Positions 1 to 9,155 of a stretch of 47,472 nucleotides of DNA are shown here, piece by piece (within the stretch, counting starts at the first letter, position 1; each line of letters begins with the position of its first letter). The position numbers and the translations under genes are program-made. The stretch is from Patescibacteria group bacterium (GTDB lineage: Bacteria > Patescibacteriota > Minisyncoccia > Phycocordibacterales > UBA9973), in contig JBBTYD010000015.1 of NCBI GenBank assembly GCA_038061925.1, positions 1 through 47,472 of the forward strand, read 5' to 3'. The notes beneath the pieces were generated by a model that saw nothing but the letters and a program-made list of their open reading frames with translations, was not told where the DNA came from and did not search any database.

Positions 1-399
1 TACAACTATAAAACCACGATCGCTTCCCGAATGACCATGAATTGTTTGTCGGAAACTCATTTCTCCTTTTGGATATTTCTTTCCGCTTTCTTGGTGTAAC
101 CAACCATATTTTGGCAAAAACACTTGAGGTACAAAACGAATTGCTCGTGGTGATGGTTCACTATGAAAAAGGGTAGTGAGAGAAGACGAATTAAGGCGTT
201 GGGCTTTTAATTCCCATTCGGCGGCATTAGGAATAGGTAAATTATTTTCTTTAATTCCAAGTAAATCTTCAAGAGTATTTCCAACTCCACCATGATTTTT
301 ATGCCTTCTGTTAGGAATCCAATCCATTTCCGAAATTTCTTTTAGTTTCTGAATTAAAGATTGTTTTGTATAAATGACAGGTTCTTTTTTATTTTTCAT
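1..399 (-). CDS. MvaI/BcnI-family type II restriction endonuclease (runs off the window edge)
   Basis: Not in the ORF track. Manual translation from ATG 399: MKNKKEPVIYTKQSLIQKLKEISEMDWIPNRRHKNHGGVGNTLEDLLGIKENNLPIPNAAEWELKAQR...TTLFHSEPSP. The GxxLExxLGI-EN...ELK motif is typical of the family, and the gene starts 4 bp after the MTase stop. Confidence 0.85.
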   Translation of the reverse strand, partial: MKNKKEPVIYTKQSLIQKLKEISEMDWIPNRRHKNHGGVGNTLEDLLGIKENNLPIPNAAEWELKAQRLNSSSLTTLFHSEPSPRAIRFVPQVFLPKYGWLHQESGKKYPKGEMSFRQTIHGHSGSDRGFIVV

Positions 400-403
400 A
401 AAA

Positions 404-1219
404 TTACCAGAGTTTCTTATTTAATTTGTGTTTTTTAATCCTTTCTTCTGCCATTTCACAATATTCAGGAGACAAATCAATTCCAATATAATTTCTGCCA
501 AAGTTAATTGCAGAAAGCGCAGTTGTCCCTGAGCCCATAAAAGGATCGAGAACAGTTTTTGCTTTAGTTGAGGAAACAATCCGATCAATTAAATCAACTG
601 GAAAAGCTGCAGGATGTTCGTTATTCATTTCTTGAGTAAATTCCCACACATCCCCATATCCATTAGCCTGTGGAGCAAGTTTAAATTTTGGTTTTGCTAT
701 TAAATAAATGACCTCATAAGTGGGAACAAAATAGCCTGGATTAAAATTAAATCCTCCTTTTCTTTTCCATATAATTATTTGGCGAACAGGAAAGCCATTC
801 AAGATATCTTGTCTGTCTTGCAACAAACCACCCTGAACACGCCATTTGTGATTATAGAAAATTGCTCCGTTTTCTGGAATTATTCTCATCATTTCCATCA
901 AACAATCTCTCTGCCACTTAACATACTCTTCGTGAGGCATACAATCATTATGATGACTATATCCTTTTTGCAAAGCGGCATTGGCCCACTTACCTTTACT
1001 CCCAACTGACATACCATTACCAGTTGAATTTTTGAGATTATATGGAGGAGATGTGATAACGAGTTCAACAGAGCCATCAGGAATTTTTTTTAGTATTTCA
1101 ACAGCATCACCGCAAATAATTTTGTTTAAAAACTTATTTGGAATTTTAAAAATTACATCCCTTTCAGATAACTTTTCATCCATAATAATTTTCCTCCCTT
1201 TTTCAATCACTGGTGCCAT
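404..1219 (-). CDS. Site-specific DNA methyltransferase, beta class, probably N4-cytosine
   Basis: TSPPY (motif IV) precedes HPAxFP and DPFMGSGTT (motif I). Confidence 0.92.
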   Translation of the reverse strand: MAPVIEKGRKIIMDEKLSERDVIFKIPNKFLNKIICGDAVEILKKIPDGSVELVITSPPYNLKNSTGNGMSVGSKGKWANAALQKGYSHHNDCMPHEEYVKWQRDCLMEMMRIIPENGAIFYNHKWRVQGGLLQDRQDILNGFPVRQIIIWKRKGGFNFNPGYFVPTYEVIYLIAKPKFKLAPQANGYGDVWEFTQEMNNEHPAAFPVDLIDRIVSSTKAKTVLDPFMGSGTTALSAINFGRNYIGIDLSPEYCEMAEERIKKHKLNKKLW

Positions 1220-1317
1220 ACTATCAATAATACATTAAAATTAGATCAGAATCCATTTATCTTTAAATGTATATATTACTGGAGTTTAAAGACGTGTAAA
1301 TCTATCTAACTACAAAA

Positions 1318-2610
1318 TTATAGCGAATGTTTTTTTAGCGCGTTCTGACCGATGTCTTTTCTATACCGCATACCTTCAAATGATACCTTGGAAACCGCTT
1401 CGTAAGCTGCAGCTAAAGCTTTTTTAAGACTTTCGCCCAGAGCGCTTATCCCAAGCACGCGGCCGCCATTGGTCATCAGCTGACCGTCTTTTTGGGCGGT
1501 TCCGGCGTGAAAAATAATTATATTTTTATCTTCTTCCGCTTTTTGAATACCAGAGATAATTTTCCCTTTTTTATATTTTCCCGGGTAGCCACCCGAAGCG
1601 ATGGCAATATTACAGGCAGAAACATTTTTTTTCCACTTTATTTTTAAATCAGAAAGTTTTCCGTCAAGGCTGGCATCGACGATATCAAGAAAATCCGTAT
1701 CGAGCAGTCGCATATATGTTTGCGTTTCTGGATCGCCTAGTCGCGCGTTAAATTCAAAAACCTTTGGACCTTCTTGGGTAAGCATCACTCCCGGATATAA
1801 GCATCCAATAAATGGTCGGCCTTCTTTTACCATACCTCCGATCGCTTTCGCCACAATTTCTTTTTCAATCTTTTTCAAAAGAGCGTCATTTACAAAAGGC
1901 AGAGGCGCGATAACTCCCATTCCGCCAGTATTAGGACCTGCATTTCCATCATAGGCACGTTTATGATCTTGCGCTGCTGGAAAAATTTTCCAGCATTTCC
2001 CATCTGAAATTGCGTGGATTGAAATCTCTGTGCCTAGAAGATATTCCTCAATTACTACTTCATTGCCAGCATTACCAAAAATTTTAGTGACTAAAATTTG
2101 TTCTAACGTTTTCAGCGCTTCTTCTTTTGTTTCTGCGATTGTTACGCCTTTTCCGAGCGCCAGTCCACTCGCTTTAATCACAATTGGCAACGGTCCTTTC
2201 TCTATATATGTTTTCGCTTTTTCAAAATCGTTAAAAACTTTATATTTCGCAGTCGGTATGTTATGTCTTTTCATAAAATCTTTAGCATAGGCCTTAGACC
2301 ATTCAATTTCGCTTGCTCCCTTAGTCGGACCCCAAATGCGTAAATTTTGCGCTTGAAAACTATCTACAATTCCCATCGAAAGCGGATCGTCAGGGAGCGC
2401 CAAGGTCAAATCAATTTTTTCTTTTTTGGCAAATTCCACTAATTTGGGAATATCAGTAGCGGAAATGGCAACATTTATGCCTAACTCTGTTGTGCCAGCA
2501 TTACCGGGCGCAAAATATAAATCTCCCGCCCGTTCTGACTGCGCAACTTTCCATCCGATGGCATGTTCTCTTCCTCCATTTCCAATTATTAAAACTTTTT
2601 GTTTCTTCAT
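1318..2610 (-). CDS. purD: Phosphoribosylamine-glycine ligase
   Basis: GxGGREHA, KASGLALGKGV, QDHKR, GPNTGGMG, EFNARLGDPE. ATG 2610 preferred; alternative GTG start at 2628. Confidence 0.97.
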   Translation of the reverse strand: MKKQKVLIIGNGGREHAIGWKVAQSERAGDLYFAPGNAGTTELGINVAISATDIPKLVEFAKKEKIDLTLALPDDPLSMGIVDSFQAQNLRIWGPTKGASEIEWSKAYAKDFMKRHNIPTAKYKVFNDFEKAKTYIEKGPLPIVIKASGLALGKGVTIAETKEEALKTLEQILVTKIFGNAGNEVVIEEYLLGTEISIHAISDGKCWKIFPAAQDHKRAYDGNAGPNTGGMGVIAPLPFVNDALLKKIEKEIVAKAIGGMVKEGRPFIGCLYPGVMLTQEGPKVFEFNARLGDPETQTYMRLLDTDFLDIVDASLDGKLSDLKIKWKKNVSACNIAIASGGYPGKYKKGKIISGIQKAEEDKNIIIFHAGTAQKDGQLMTNGGRVLGISALGESLKKALAAAYEAVSKVSFEGMRYRKDIGQNALKKHSL

Positions 2611-2620
2611 AATAAAATTG

Positions 2621-3274
2621 TTAAACACTTGGTATTGAACATAATTTTTCTAAAACCTCCACATATAGCTGATTTTCTTTTTTTTTCAACCTCGAGTACA
2701 AAGAGGAAACTGTGTCCAGAGCTTCAATTTTTTCAAAAGTCCGCCCTAAGACTGGTCCAAAATCAAAGTCTAATGTTAAAAAATGGATACTGGAACCAGC
2801 AAAAATAACTTTTTTCTCTGTGAATTTATCTAGGAAATTTTTAATGGCTTTGTCTGTTAACATGCCCTTGTTCCAAAGAGCGATCGTCCCATCGGGATTT
2901 TTCACATTACCGTCAATTGTGTCTGGAATCAGTCCAGGATGTAAATTTAAAATTTTATTGGGAAAAGCGAAAATTACTTTGTCTAAGATAATTTGTTTCC
3001 AACCAGCCAGAGCCAAATAATCGGGGTTTAGTTTTTGTAAAAGCGGCAACAAGGCTTCTTTAGTCGGGCAAATTTCAATTTTTAAATTATGCTTTCTCGC
3101 ATGTTCCAACCCCAAAACGTTCGGTTTATCGGAAATCACCACGCAAATTTCAGCTTTAATTTTACCTGCGTCAATTCCGTCGATTATAGCCTTTAAATTA
3201 GTGCCAGTGCCAGCATTGGAAATAAGAATTGCAAGTTTAATTTTATTTTTTGGGGACAAAGTAATCAATCGCAT
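2621..3274 (-). CDS. purN: Phosphoribosylglycinamide formyltransferase
   Basis: GTNLKAII, LAGW, LNLHPGL, HF...DFGPV; lies within the pur cluster. Confidence 0.88.
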   Translation of the reverse strand: MRLITLSPKNKIKLAILISNAGTGTNLKAIIDGIDAGKIKAEICVVISDKPNVLGLEHARKHNLKIEICPTKEALLPLLQKLNPDYLALAGWKQIILDKVIFAFPNKILNLHPGLIPDTIDGNVKNPDGTIALWNKGMLTDKAIKNFLDKFTEKKVIFAGSSIHFLTLDFDFGPVLGRTFEKIEALDTVSSLYSRLKKKENQLYVEVLEKLCSIPSV

Positions 3275-4028
3275 TTTTAAAAATTTGTAATCCCGCTCCT
3301 TTTTTTGAAACTTTTTTATTCATTTGCCACAAAGGACTCTGGTGAGAAAACATCGCTCGCTCCGGATGAGGCATCATCCCGAGAACTCTTCCATTATAAG
3401 CTGAAACGCCGGCAATGCAAAAATCCGATCCGTTTGGATTTTTCTCAATATTCTGAAACTTGCAAATTTCTCCCTGAGTGTATGCGAAGGCGATTTGTCC
3501 GCCTTTTTTCATTTTCTCATATTCTTTTTGAGAGATGATATAACGTCCTTCTTCGTGCGCTATCGGAAGGGATATTTTTTTAATACTTTTGAGCCAGGGG
3601 CTTTTTTGCTTCACCGAAGCTTTAGTGGAAGTGGATATTTTTAGATCTACCCATCGATCGATATATTGTCCATTTTTATTATGAGTAAGAGTGCCTGGCA
3701 AAATTCCTAAATTAGTCACAATTTGAAATCCATTACAGATGCCTATTAAAAGAGTGTCCCGAGATAAAAATTCCGTAAGTTCTTTAGCCAAGTGATTTTT
3801 AAACTTATTGGCATAAGCTTTTCCACTACCAGTGTCATCGCCATAAGAGAATCCTCCTGGGAAAACAAGAATTTGATATTCTAAAAGCATTTTAGGTTTG
3901 GCGATGAGGTCATTGATGTGCACGATATTGGCCACTCCACCCGCTGATTCAAAAGCGAATTTTGTCTCCTCTTCGCAATTGAGTCCGTAGCCGGATAAAA
4001 TTATCACCTTTGGTTTTTTGATTTTCAT
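3243..4028 (-). CDS. purQ: FGAM synthase glutaminase subunit
   Basis: GxNCEEE, PGGFSYGD, GICNGFQ, NPNGS, MMPHPER. Confidence 0.96.
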   Translation of the reverse strand: MKIKKPKVIILSGYGLNCEEETKFAFESAGGVANIVHINDLIAKPKMLLEYQILVFPGGFSYGDDTGSGKAYANKFKNHLAKELTEFLSRDTLLIGICNGFQIVTNLGILPGTLTHNKNGQYIDRWVDLKISTSTKASVKQKSPWLKSIKKISLPIAHEEGRYIISQKEYEKMKKGGQIAFAYTQGEICKFQNIEKNPNGSDFCIAGVSAYNGRVLGMMPHPERAMFSHQSPLWQMNKKVSKKGAGLQIFKNAIDYFVPKK

Positions 4029-6928
4029 TTTTGTGAACTAGAAAATTTATGGTAAATACGGTATAATTTTTTAACATTTGTCTCCACTATTTTATTTTTG
4101 TCGTCTGTAATTATGATTTTACCATTTCTTTCTGTTTTCCCGAGCTTCACATAGGAAACTCCTATGCATATTTTTTCAAACTGGTTTATGTTTTTGGGAG
4201 AAATAGATACCAAAATTCTGCCTTGGCTTTCGGAAAAAAGTTTGGCGTCTATGGAGGTTGCGTCTCCAGGCAGATTTTTAAGAGAAACTTTGCATCCCAA
4301 CATTCCACCCACGCACGCTTTAGCCAGCGTAATACCCAAACCTCCAGAAATTACGGAAATTGAAGAAACTACCAGTTCTTTTTGAATAGCTTTTTCTAGC
4401 GCGCGATAAGTTTTTAGATTTTTTTCCAAATTAACTTTCGGCACGTTATTTCCTGTAGCCTTGTTCCCTTGTTGTCTTGCCAAAAATTTATAGTATTCAC
4501 TCCCCCCCAGTTCATCATTTGTCTCCCCTAATAAATAAATCACATCACCATTATTTTTAAATTCAGGGGAAACAGTTTTATATAAATTGGGCATCACGCT
4601 AACGGCCGAAATAAGAAGAGTGGGCGGGATAGAAATAGCGACCGAATTGCCGTTTTCATCATAGCCTTTAAAATCATTGAACATACTATCTTTACCGGAA
4701 ATAAATGGTGTGCCGTAACCTACAGCATAGTCGTAGCAAGCCTTGACTGCGTCCACGAGCTCCCCCAAGCGTGTTTGGTCGTAGGACGAACACCAACAGA
4801 AATTATCTAAAATGGCTAAATGAGAAAGCGCGCCACCTCCCGCCACTATATTTCTAATCGCGGTGTCTAATGCGCAAGCAGCCATATGATAAGTGCTAAT
4901 GTCTCCATACGAAGGATAAATCCCAGATGCTAAGACAACTCCTTTTTTTGAATTTAAAATTGGACGAAAAACTTGCGTATCAGTATTTAGGCGACCTCGA
5001 CCCGAGAGAGGCTTTAACACAGATGAAGCTTGCACCTCGTGATCATACTGTTCAGAAATGAAAGAAAACCCGCTGATATTTTTATCTCCAAGCAAATTTT
5101 CCAGAATTTTTGTACGGGATATTTCTTTTGGCAATTCCGGTTCGTCATATTTATGAATAATTGGAGAGGTTCGCAGATGATATTTGGGTAAACCATTATG
5201 TAAAAATTCTATATCAATATCCAGAATCTTTTTTTTATTATATTCTATAACACATTTTCCAGAATCCGTAAATTCCCCGATGGCGGTTGCTTCCACGTCG
5301 CGACTTTCCATCAATTTTCGGAATGTTTTCCATTTCTTTTTTGGCACAGAGAGAGTCATTCGTTCTTGCGATTCTGAAATCCAAATTTCCCATGGCTGAA
5401 GACCGTGATATTTTAAAGGCACTTTTTCTAAATATACTTTTGCTCCCCCGCACTCTTTTGCCATTTCTGCCACCGAACAAGATAGCCCTCCCGCGCCATT
5501 ATCCGTTAGACTATTGTATAAATTCAGATCCCGCGCTTCTTTGACAATTGCGTCACTTAATTTTTTCTGAGTGATCGGATCGCCAATTTGCACTGCGGTG
5601 GCAGGAGAATTCGAATCCATCACGACCGAAGAAAAAGTCGCTCCGTGAATACCGTCTGCTCCGACTCTCCCACCGACTATGACTATATAATCTCCAACTC
5701 GGGCTTTTTTTTCATGGGACAACCTTCCTTTTATTTTTCGTGGAATCAATCCCACGGTACCGGCAAACACCAAGGGTTTGCCTCTATACCTATCATCAAA
5801 TTTTATAAATCCGGAAAGAGTGGGTATCCCCGAACAGTTTCCTCCTACCTTTATGCCCTTTATTGCGCCTTCCATTATCCGCTCCGGTAAAAGCATTTTT
5901 TGCCGCCTATCTTTATCAAGAAAAAGCGGTCTCTTGTCATTCGGTTCGCCAAAACAAAATCCGTAAAGATTAGCGATCGGCTTGGCGCCTAGTCCGAATC
6001 CAATGATATCGCGATTCACTCCCACAATGCCTGTGATCGCTCCGCCGAAGGGATCTAAAAAAGAAGGAGTATTGTGTGTTTCAACTTTATGCGTTATTAA
6101 ATAATCTTGATCAAAAACTATTCCGCCGGCGTTGTCTGAAAAAACCGAAATACAAAAATCTTTTTTGCCTTTCTTTTTTCGTATCTGATTGGTCGCGCCT
6201 TTTATGTAAGTCTTATATAAACCGTCTTTAAGATCATCTATCGGATTTGCAAAAATAGTATGTTTGCAATGTTCCGACCAAGTCTGAGCTAAAGATTCCA
6301 ATTCAATATCGGTTGGATCTCTTTTCAGCTTTAAAAAATATTCTTTAATAACTTGCAGAGAAGATAAGGAAAGCGCCAGTGGCCCTCTGCGCGCGCCGGT
6401 ATTTTCCATTATTCCCTCTTGGCCGATTTTTATAAGCTCTGCGTCGGAAACGGACAGAGAGACGCTTAAAACAGATTCTCTTTTTTTAAGAACTACTTTG
6501 GGAATTTTCATCGGCAAATACATCTTTCCGAATTTCAAACGCGTTATAGAAGCTCTTTCAATGAGCGGATTGTATAAAGTAAGAGCTATTTTTTGCACAT
6601 CTTCTAGTTTGTATGGTTTGGAAATAAAAAAAATCTTGGAGGTATACACCGTCAAGTTTGAATTCTTCTTTGAGTGAAATATATCTGTCGCAATTTCTTT
6701 GACCGTATGACCGACATTATCCGTCACCCCGGGCAAAAATCCTATTTCAATCGCATAAGAAAAATTTCCCACTGGCGGAGATTCATTGATAAAATATTTT
6801 TCTAAAATTGGATTGGTAAGCGCTTGAGCTAATTTCCCGAGCTCTTTTTTAGATAATTTAGAATCAATAACATAAGCATCTCCATTCGTGTCCATCTTCT
6901 TTGACATTACGTATATTCTTGAAATCAT
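4025..6928 (-). CDS. purL: FGAM synthase subunit PurL with N-terminal PurS-like extension
   Basis: QTWSEHCKH, KVETHNTPS, DGIHGATFS, DNGAGGL, SESQERM, SGKDS, LFSESQGR; N-terminal LPGVTDNVG/LYNPLIE segment. Confidence 0.96.
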   Translation of the reverse strand: MISRIYVMSKKMDTNGDAYVIDSKLSKKELGKLAQALTNPILEKYFINESPPVGNFSYAIEIGFLPGVTDNVGHTVKEIATDIFHSKKNSNLTVYTSKIFFISKPYKLEDVQKIALTLYNPLIERASITRLKFGKMYLPMKIPKVVLKKRESVLSVSLSVSDAELIKIGQEGIMENTGARRGPLALSLSSLQVIKEYFLKLKRDPTDIELESLAQTWSEHCKHTIFANPIDDLKDGLYKTYIKGATNQIRKKKGKKDFCISVFSDNAGGIVFDQDYLITHKVETHNTPSFLDPFGGAITGIVGVNRDIIGFGLGAKPIANLYGFCFGEPNDKRPLFLDKDRRQKMLLPERIMEGAIKGIKVGGNCSGIPTLSGFIKFDDRYRGKPLVFAGTVGLIPRKIKGRLSHEKKARVGDYIVIVGGRVGADGIHGATFSSVVMDSNSPATAVQIGDPITQKKLSDAIVKEARDLNLYNSLTDNGAGGLSCSVAEMAKECGGAKVYLEKVPLKYHGLQPWEIWISESQERMTLSVPKKKWKTFRKLMESRDVEATAIGEFTDSGKCVIEYNKKKILDIDIEFLHNGLPKYHLRTSPIIHKYDEPELPKEISRTKILENLLGDKNISGFSFISEQYDHEVQASSVLKPLSGRGRLNTDTQVFRPILNSKKGVVLASGIYPSYGDISTYHMAACALDTAIRNIVAGGGALSHLAILDNFCWCSSYDQTRLGELVDAVKACYDYAVGYGTPFISGKDSMFNDFKGYDENGNSVAISIPPTLLISAVSVMPNLYKTVSPEFKNNGDVIYLLGETNDELGGSEYYKFLARQQGNKATGNNVPKVNLEKNLKTYRALEKAIQKELVVSSISVISGGLGITLAKACVGGMLGCKVSLKNLPGDATSIDAKLFSESQGRILVSISPKNINQFEKICIGVSYVKLGKTERNGKIIITDDKNKIVETNVKKLYRIYHKFSSSQK

Positions 6929-7001
6929 AGGCCTATTTTACAATAATTTCCTATATTTAACCATTCTGGATTACTGGTTCTAAATATGTTATTGTTTTGG
7001 G

Positions 7002-7847
7002 GTGGAAAAATATACTTTAAACTTTTTAGCATCTTTGACAATACTATCTTTAGCACTCATCATATTTGTTCCATATTTTACAACAGATTTCTTGGATCTA
7101 AGACAAAAAAAAGAAAATGAAGAGAATTATCAAAAGCTTTTAAAAGAAAGAGAGGCTCAGAAAAAGGCCATCAAAGAAGCGCAGGTTAAAATTTATTTAA
7201 CTGGCAAATTTGATCCTTCTTTAAGAGAAGATTTTACTATGGTGTCTGCGAAATATAATATTAGCGGATATAAAATGTATTTAAGAAAAGAAACTTTGAA
7301 TGCCTTCGAAGACATGGCAGAAATTGCCGAGAAAAATGACCTAGAATTAAACATAACTTCCGCCACTAGAAACTTCGATTATCAAAAAGATCTCTGGAAC
7401 AAAAAGTGGGAAGGCGTTACTTTGGTAGATGGAAAAGATTTAACAAAAAGCATTCCGGATGAATTAGAGAGATTTGAAAAAATATTAGAGTATAGCGCCG
7501 TGCCTGGCGCCTCAAGACATCATTGGGGCACTGACATAGACATAAATGGGGTAACCCCCGTCTATTTTGATTCGGAAGAAGGTGAAAAAGTATATGAATG
7601 GCTCACAAAAAATGCTCCCTTGTTTGGATTTTGCCAGATTTACAGTCAAAAAGGAGAAAATAGACAAACGGGCTACAACGAAGAAAAATGGCATTGGTCT
7701 TATTTACCTCTTTCAAAAAATTTCACCCAAGAATATAAAAATTTAATAAAAAATGAAGACATAAAGGGGTTTGACGGAGATGAATACGTATTTCGGGAAG
7801 ATTTAATTAATAACTATGTTTTAAGTATCAATCCCAATTGCATTTGA
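7002..7847 (+). CDS. Membrane-anchored M15B (VanY-like) D,D-carboxypeptidase
   Basis: N-terminal TM helix; SATR, SRHHWGTDID and EKWH zinc motifs. Confidence 0.88.
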   Translation: MEKYTLNFLASLTILSLALIIFVPYFTTDFLDLRQKKENEENYQKLLKEREAQKKAIKEAQVKIYLTGKFDPSLREDFTMVSAKYNISGYKMYLRKETLNAFEDMAEIAEKNDLELNITSATRNFDYQKDLWNKKWEGVTLVDGKDLTKSIPDELERFEKILEYSAVPGASRHHWGTDIDINGVTPVYFDSEEGEKVYEWLTKNAPLFGFCQIYSQKGENRQTGYNEEKWHWSYLPLSKNFTQEYKNLIKNEDIKGFDGDEYVFREDLINNYVLSINPNCI

Positions 7848-8381
7848 CTCTTCCTCTAAATTTTTGGCTGCAATATCCATAGAATTGCTGACGGAACCAT
7901 AATCTGGCAACTCTGTCACTGATTTTATACCCAGATAAGACATTAGCTCAAAACTTGGTTTGAAGATATAGCGTCGATTGTCTTTAGAATCCGTAGTTTT
8001 TTCCACCAGTCCGCGGACTGATAACGCGCGTAAAGTAAAACTTGAATTAACTCCCCGGATATAATCAATCTCCGCTCGGCTTACGCCATTTTTATAAAGA
8101 ACAATAGATAATGTCTCCAGGCTTGCTTTGGAAAGTTCTTTATTTAATTCTTCTTTTTGCAAGTTTTCAATAAGGTTCGTCAGTTCAGGCGCGGTGCCAA
8201 GTGTAATTTCTTTTTCCTTTTCCAGCAACACTATTCCTCTCTCCTTTAAATTTTTTTTCAATTTCTCTAGACTTTCATTTACTTCAGTCTCTCCGACTTT
8301 TAAAATCTCCGAAAGTTTTTTTCGTGACATCGGTTCCCCTTTCCAAAATAGTATCGCTTCAATTTTTGATTCTAAATTCAT
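7821..8381 (-). CDS. scpB: Segregation/condensation protein B
   Basis: IEAILF, LSKASLETLSIV, RAEIDYIRGVNS. Confidence 0.95.
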   Translation of the reverse strand: MNLESKIEAILFWKGEPMSRKKLSEILKVGETEVNESLEKLKKNLKERGIVLLEKEKEITLGTAPELTNLIENLQKEELNKELSKASLETLSIVLYKNGVSRAEIDYIRGVNSSFTLRALSVRGLVEKTTDSKDNRRYIFKPSFELMSYLGIKSVTELPDYGSVSNSMDIAAKNLEEESNAIGIDT

Positions 8382-9133
8382 ATTCCATGTATGTTTTCTT
8401 TGTTTTGCTCTTGTCTACTAATAATAATATCAGTAAAACCATTTTCCTGGATGGCGTTTAATATCCCATTCCGAATAAGTTCCAAGATCGCCAAAAACCC
8501 GACAATCGTAAAAATTTTTTCTTCCCGAGTTGTTACCTTACCAGCAAAATCCCTAAAACTCATTTTAATAGAATCTTGTATCCTTTGCGTTAATTTACCA
8601 ATCATTTCTTCGATACTTATAACTTTCCGCACTTCTACTTCTGGTAAAAATGCTTTCTTGGGCATTGAACCCAGAACACTTCGGGCAAAACCCATCATGT
8701 TTTCTTTGGTAATCTGCGTATCCGGCAAAAATACAAGAACTTCGTTTTTTCTTTCCAGCGGCGCAAAAATTATTTTCTGACCAAAATTATTTTTTATATT
8801 TATTCCTAATTTTGTAAAGAGCTCATATAGTCGCAATCTCTCTTCTAGATTTTTTATATCACCTTCTTCTTCCAGAGTAAGATTTAAATTAGGCAGAAGG
8901 GATTTTGATTTGACTAAGATTAAAGTTGACGCCACCAGAACAAAACTGGCAATTTCGGCTGGGCTAATAAAATTAGAACCACCCAATTTATTCATATACT
9001 GGAGATAGTCTTCAGTTACAGTCGCAAGCGATACATCGTTAATAAAAAGCTTCCGTTTCTCCACCAAATCCAAAAGCAATCCGAATGGACCTTCAAAACC
9101 CGTTGTCTTTACTGTATAACTTTCTGTTTCCAT
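8378..9133 (-). CDS. scpA: Segregation/condensation protein A
   Basis: FEGPFGLLLDL, KSKSLLP, FLAILEL; coupled to scpB. Confidence 0.95.
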   Translation of the reverse strand: METESYTVKTTGFEGPFGLLLDLVEKRKLFINDVSLATVTEDYLQYMNKLGGSNFISPAEIASFVLVASTLILVKSKSLLPNLNLTLEEEGDIKNLEERLRLYELFTKLGINIKNNFGQKIIFAPLERKNEVLVFLPDTQITKENMMGFARSVLGSMPKKAFLPEVEVRKVISIEEMIGKLTQRIQDSIKMSFRDFAGKVTTREEKIFTIVGFLAILELIRNGILNAIQENGFTDIIISRQEQNKENIHGI

Positions 9134-9155
9134 AGTTATATGCTAACATTTCTTT

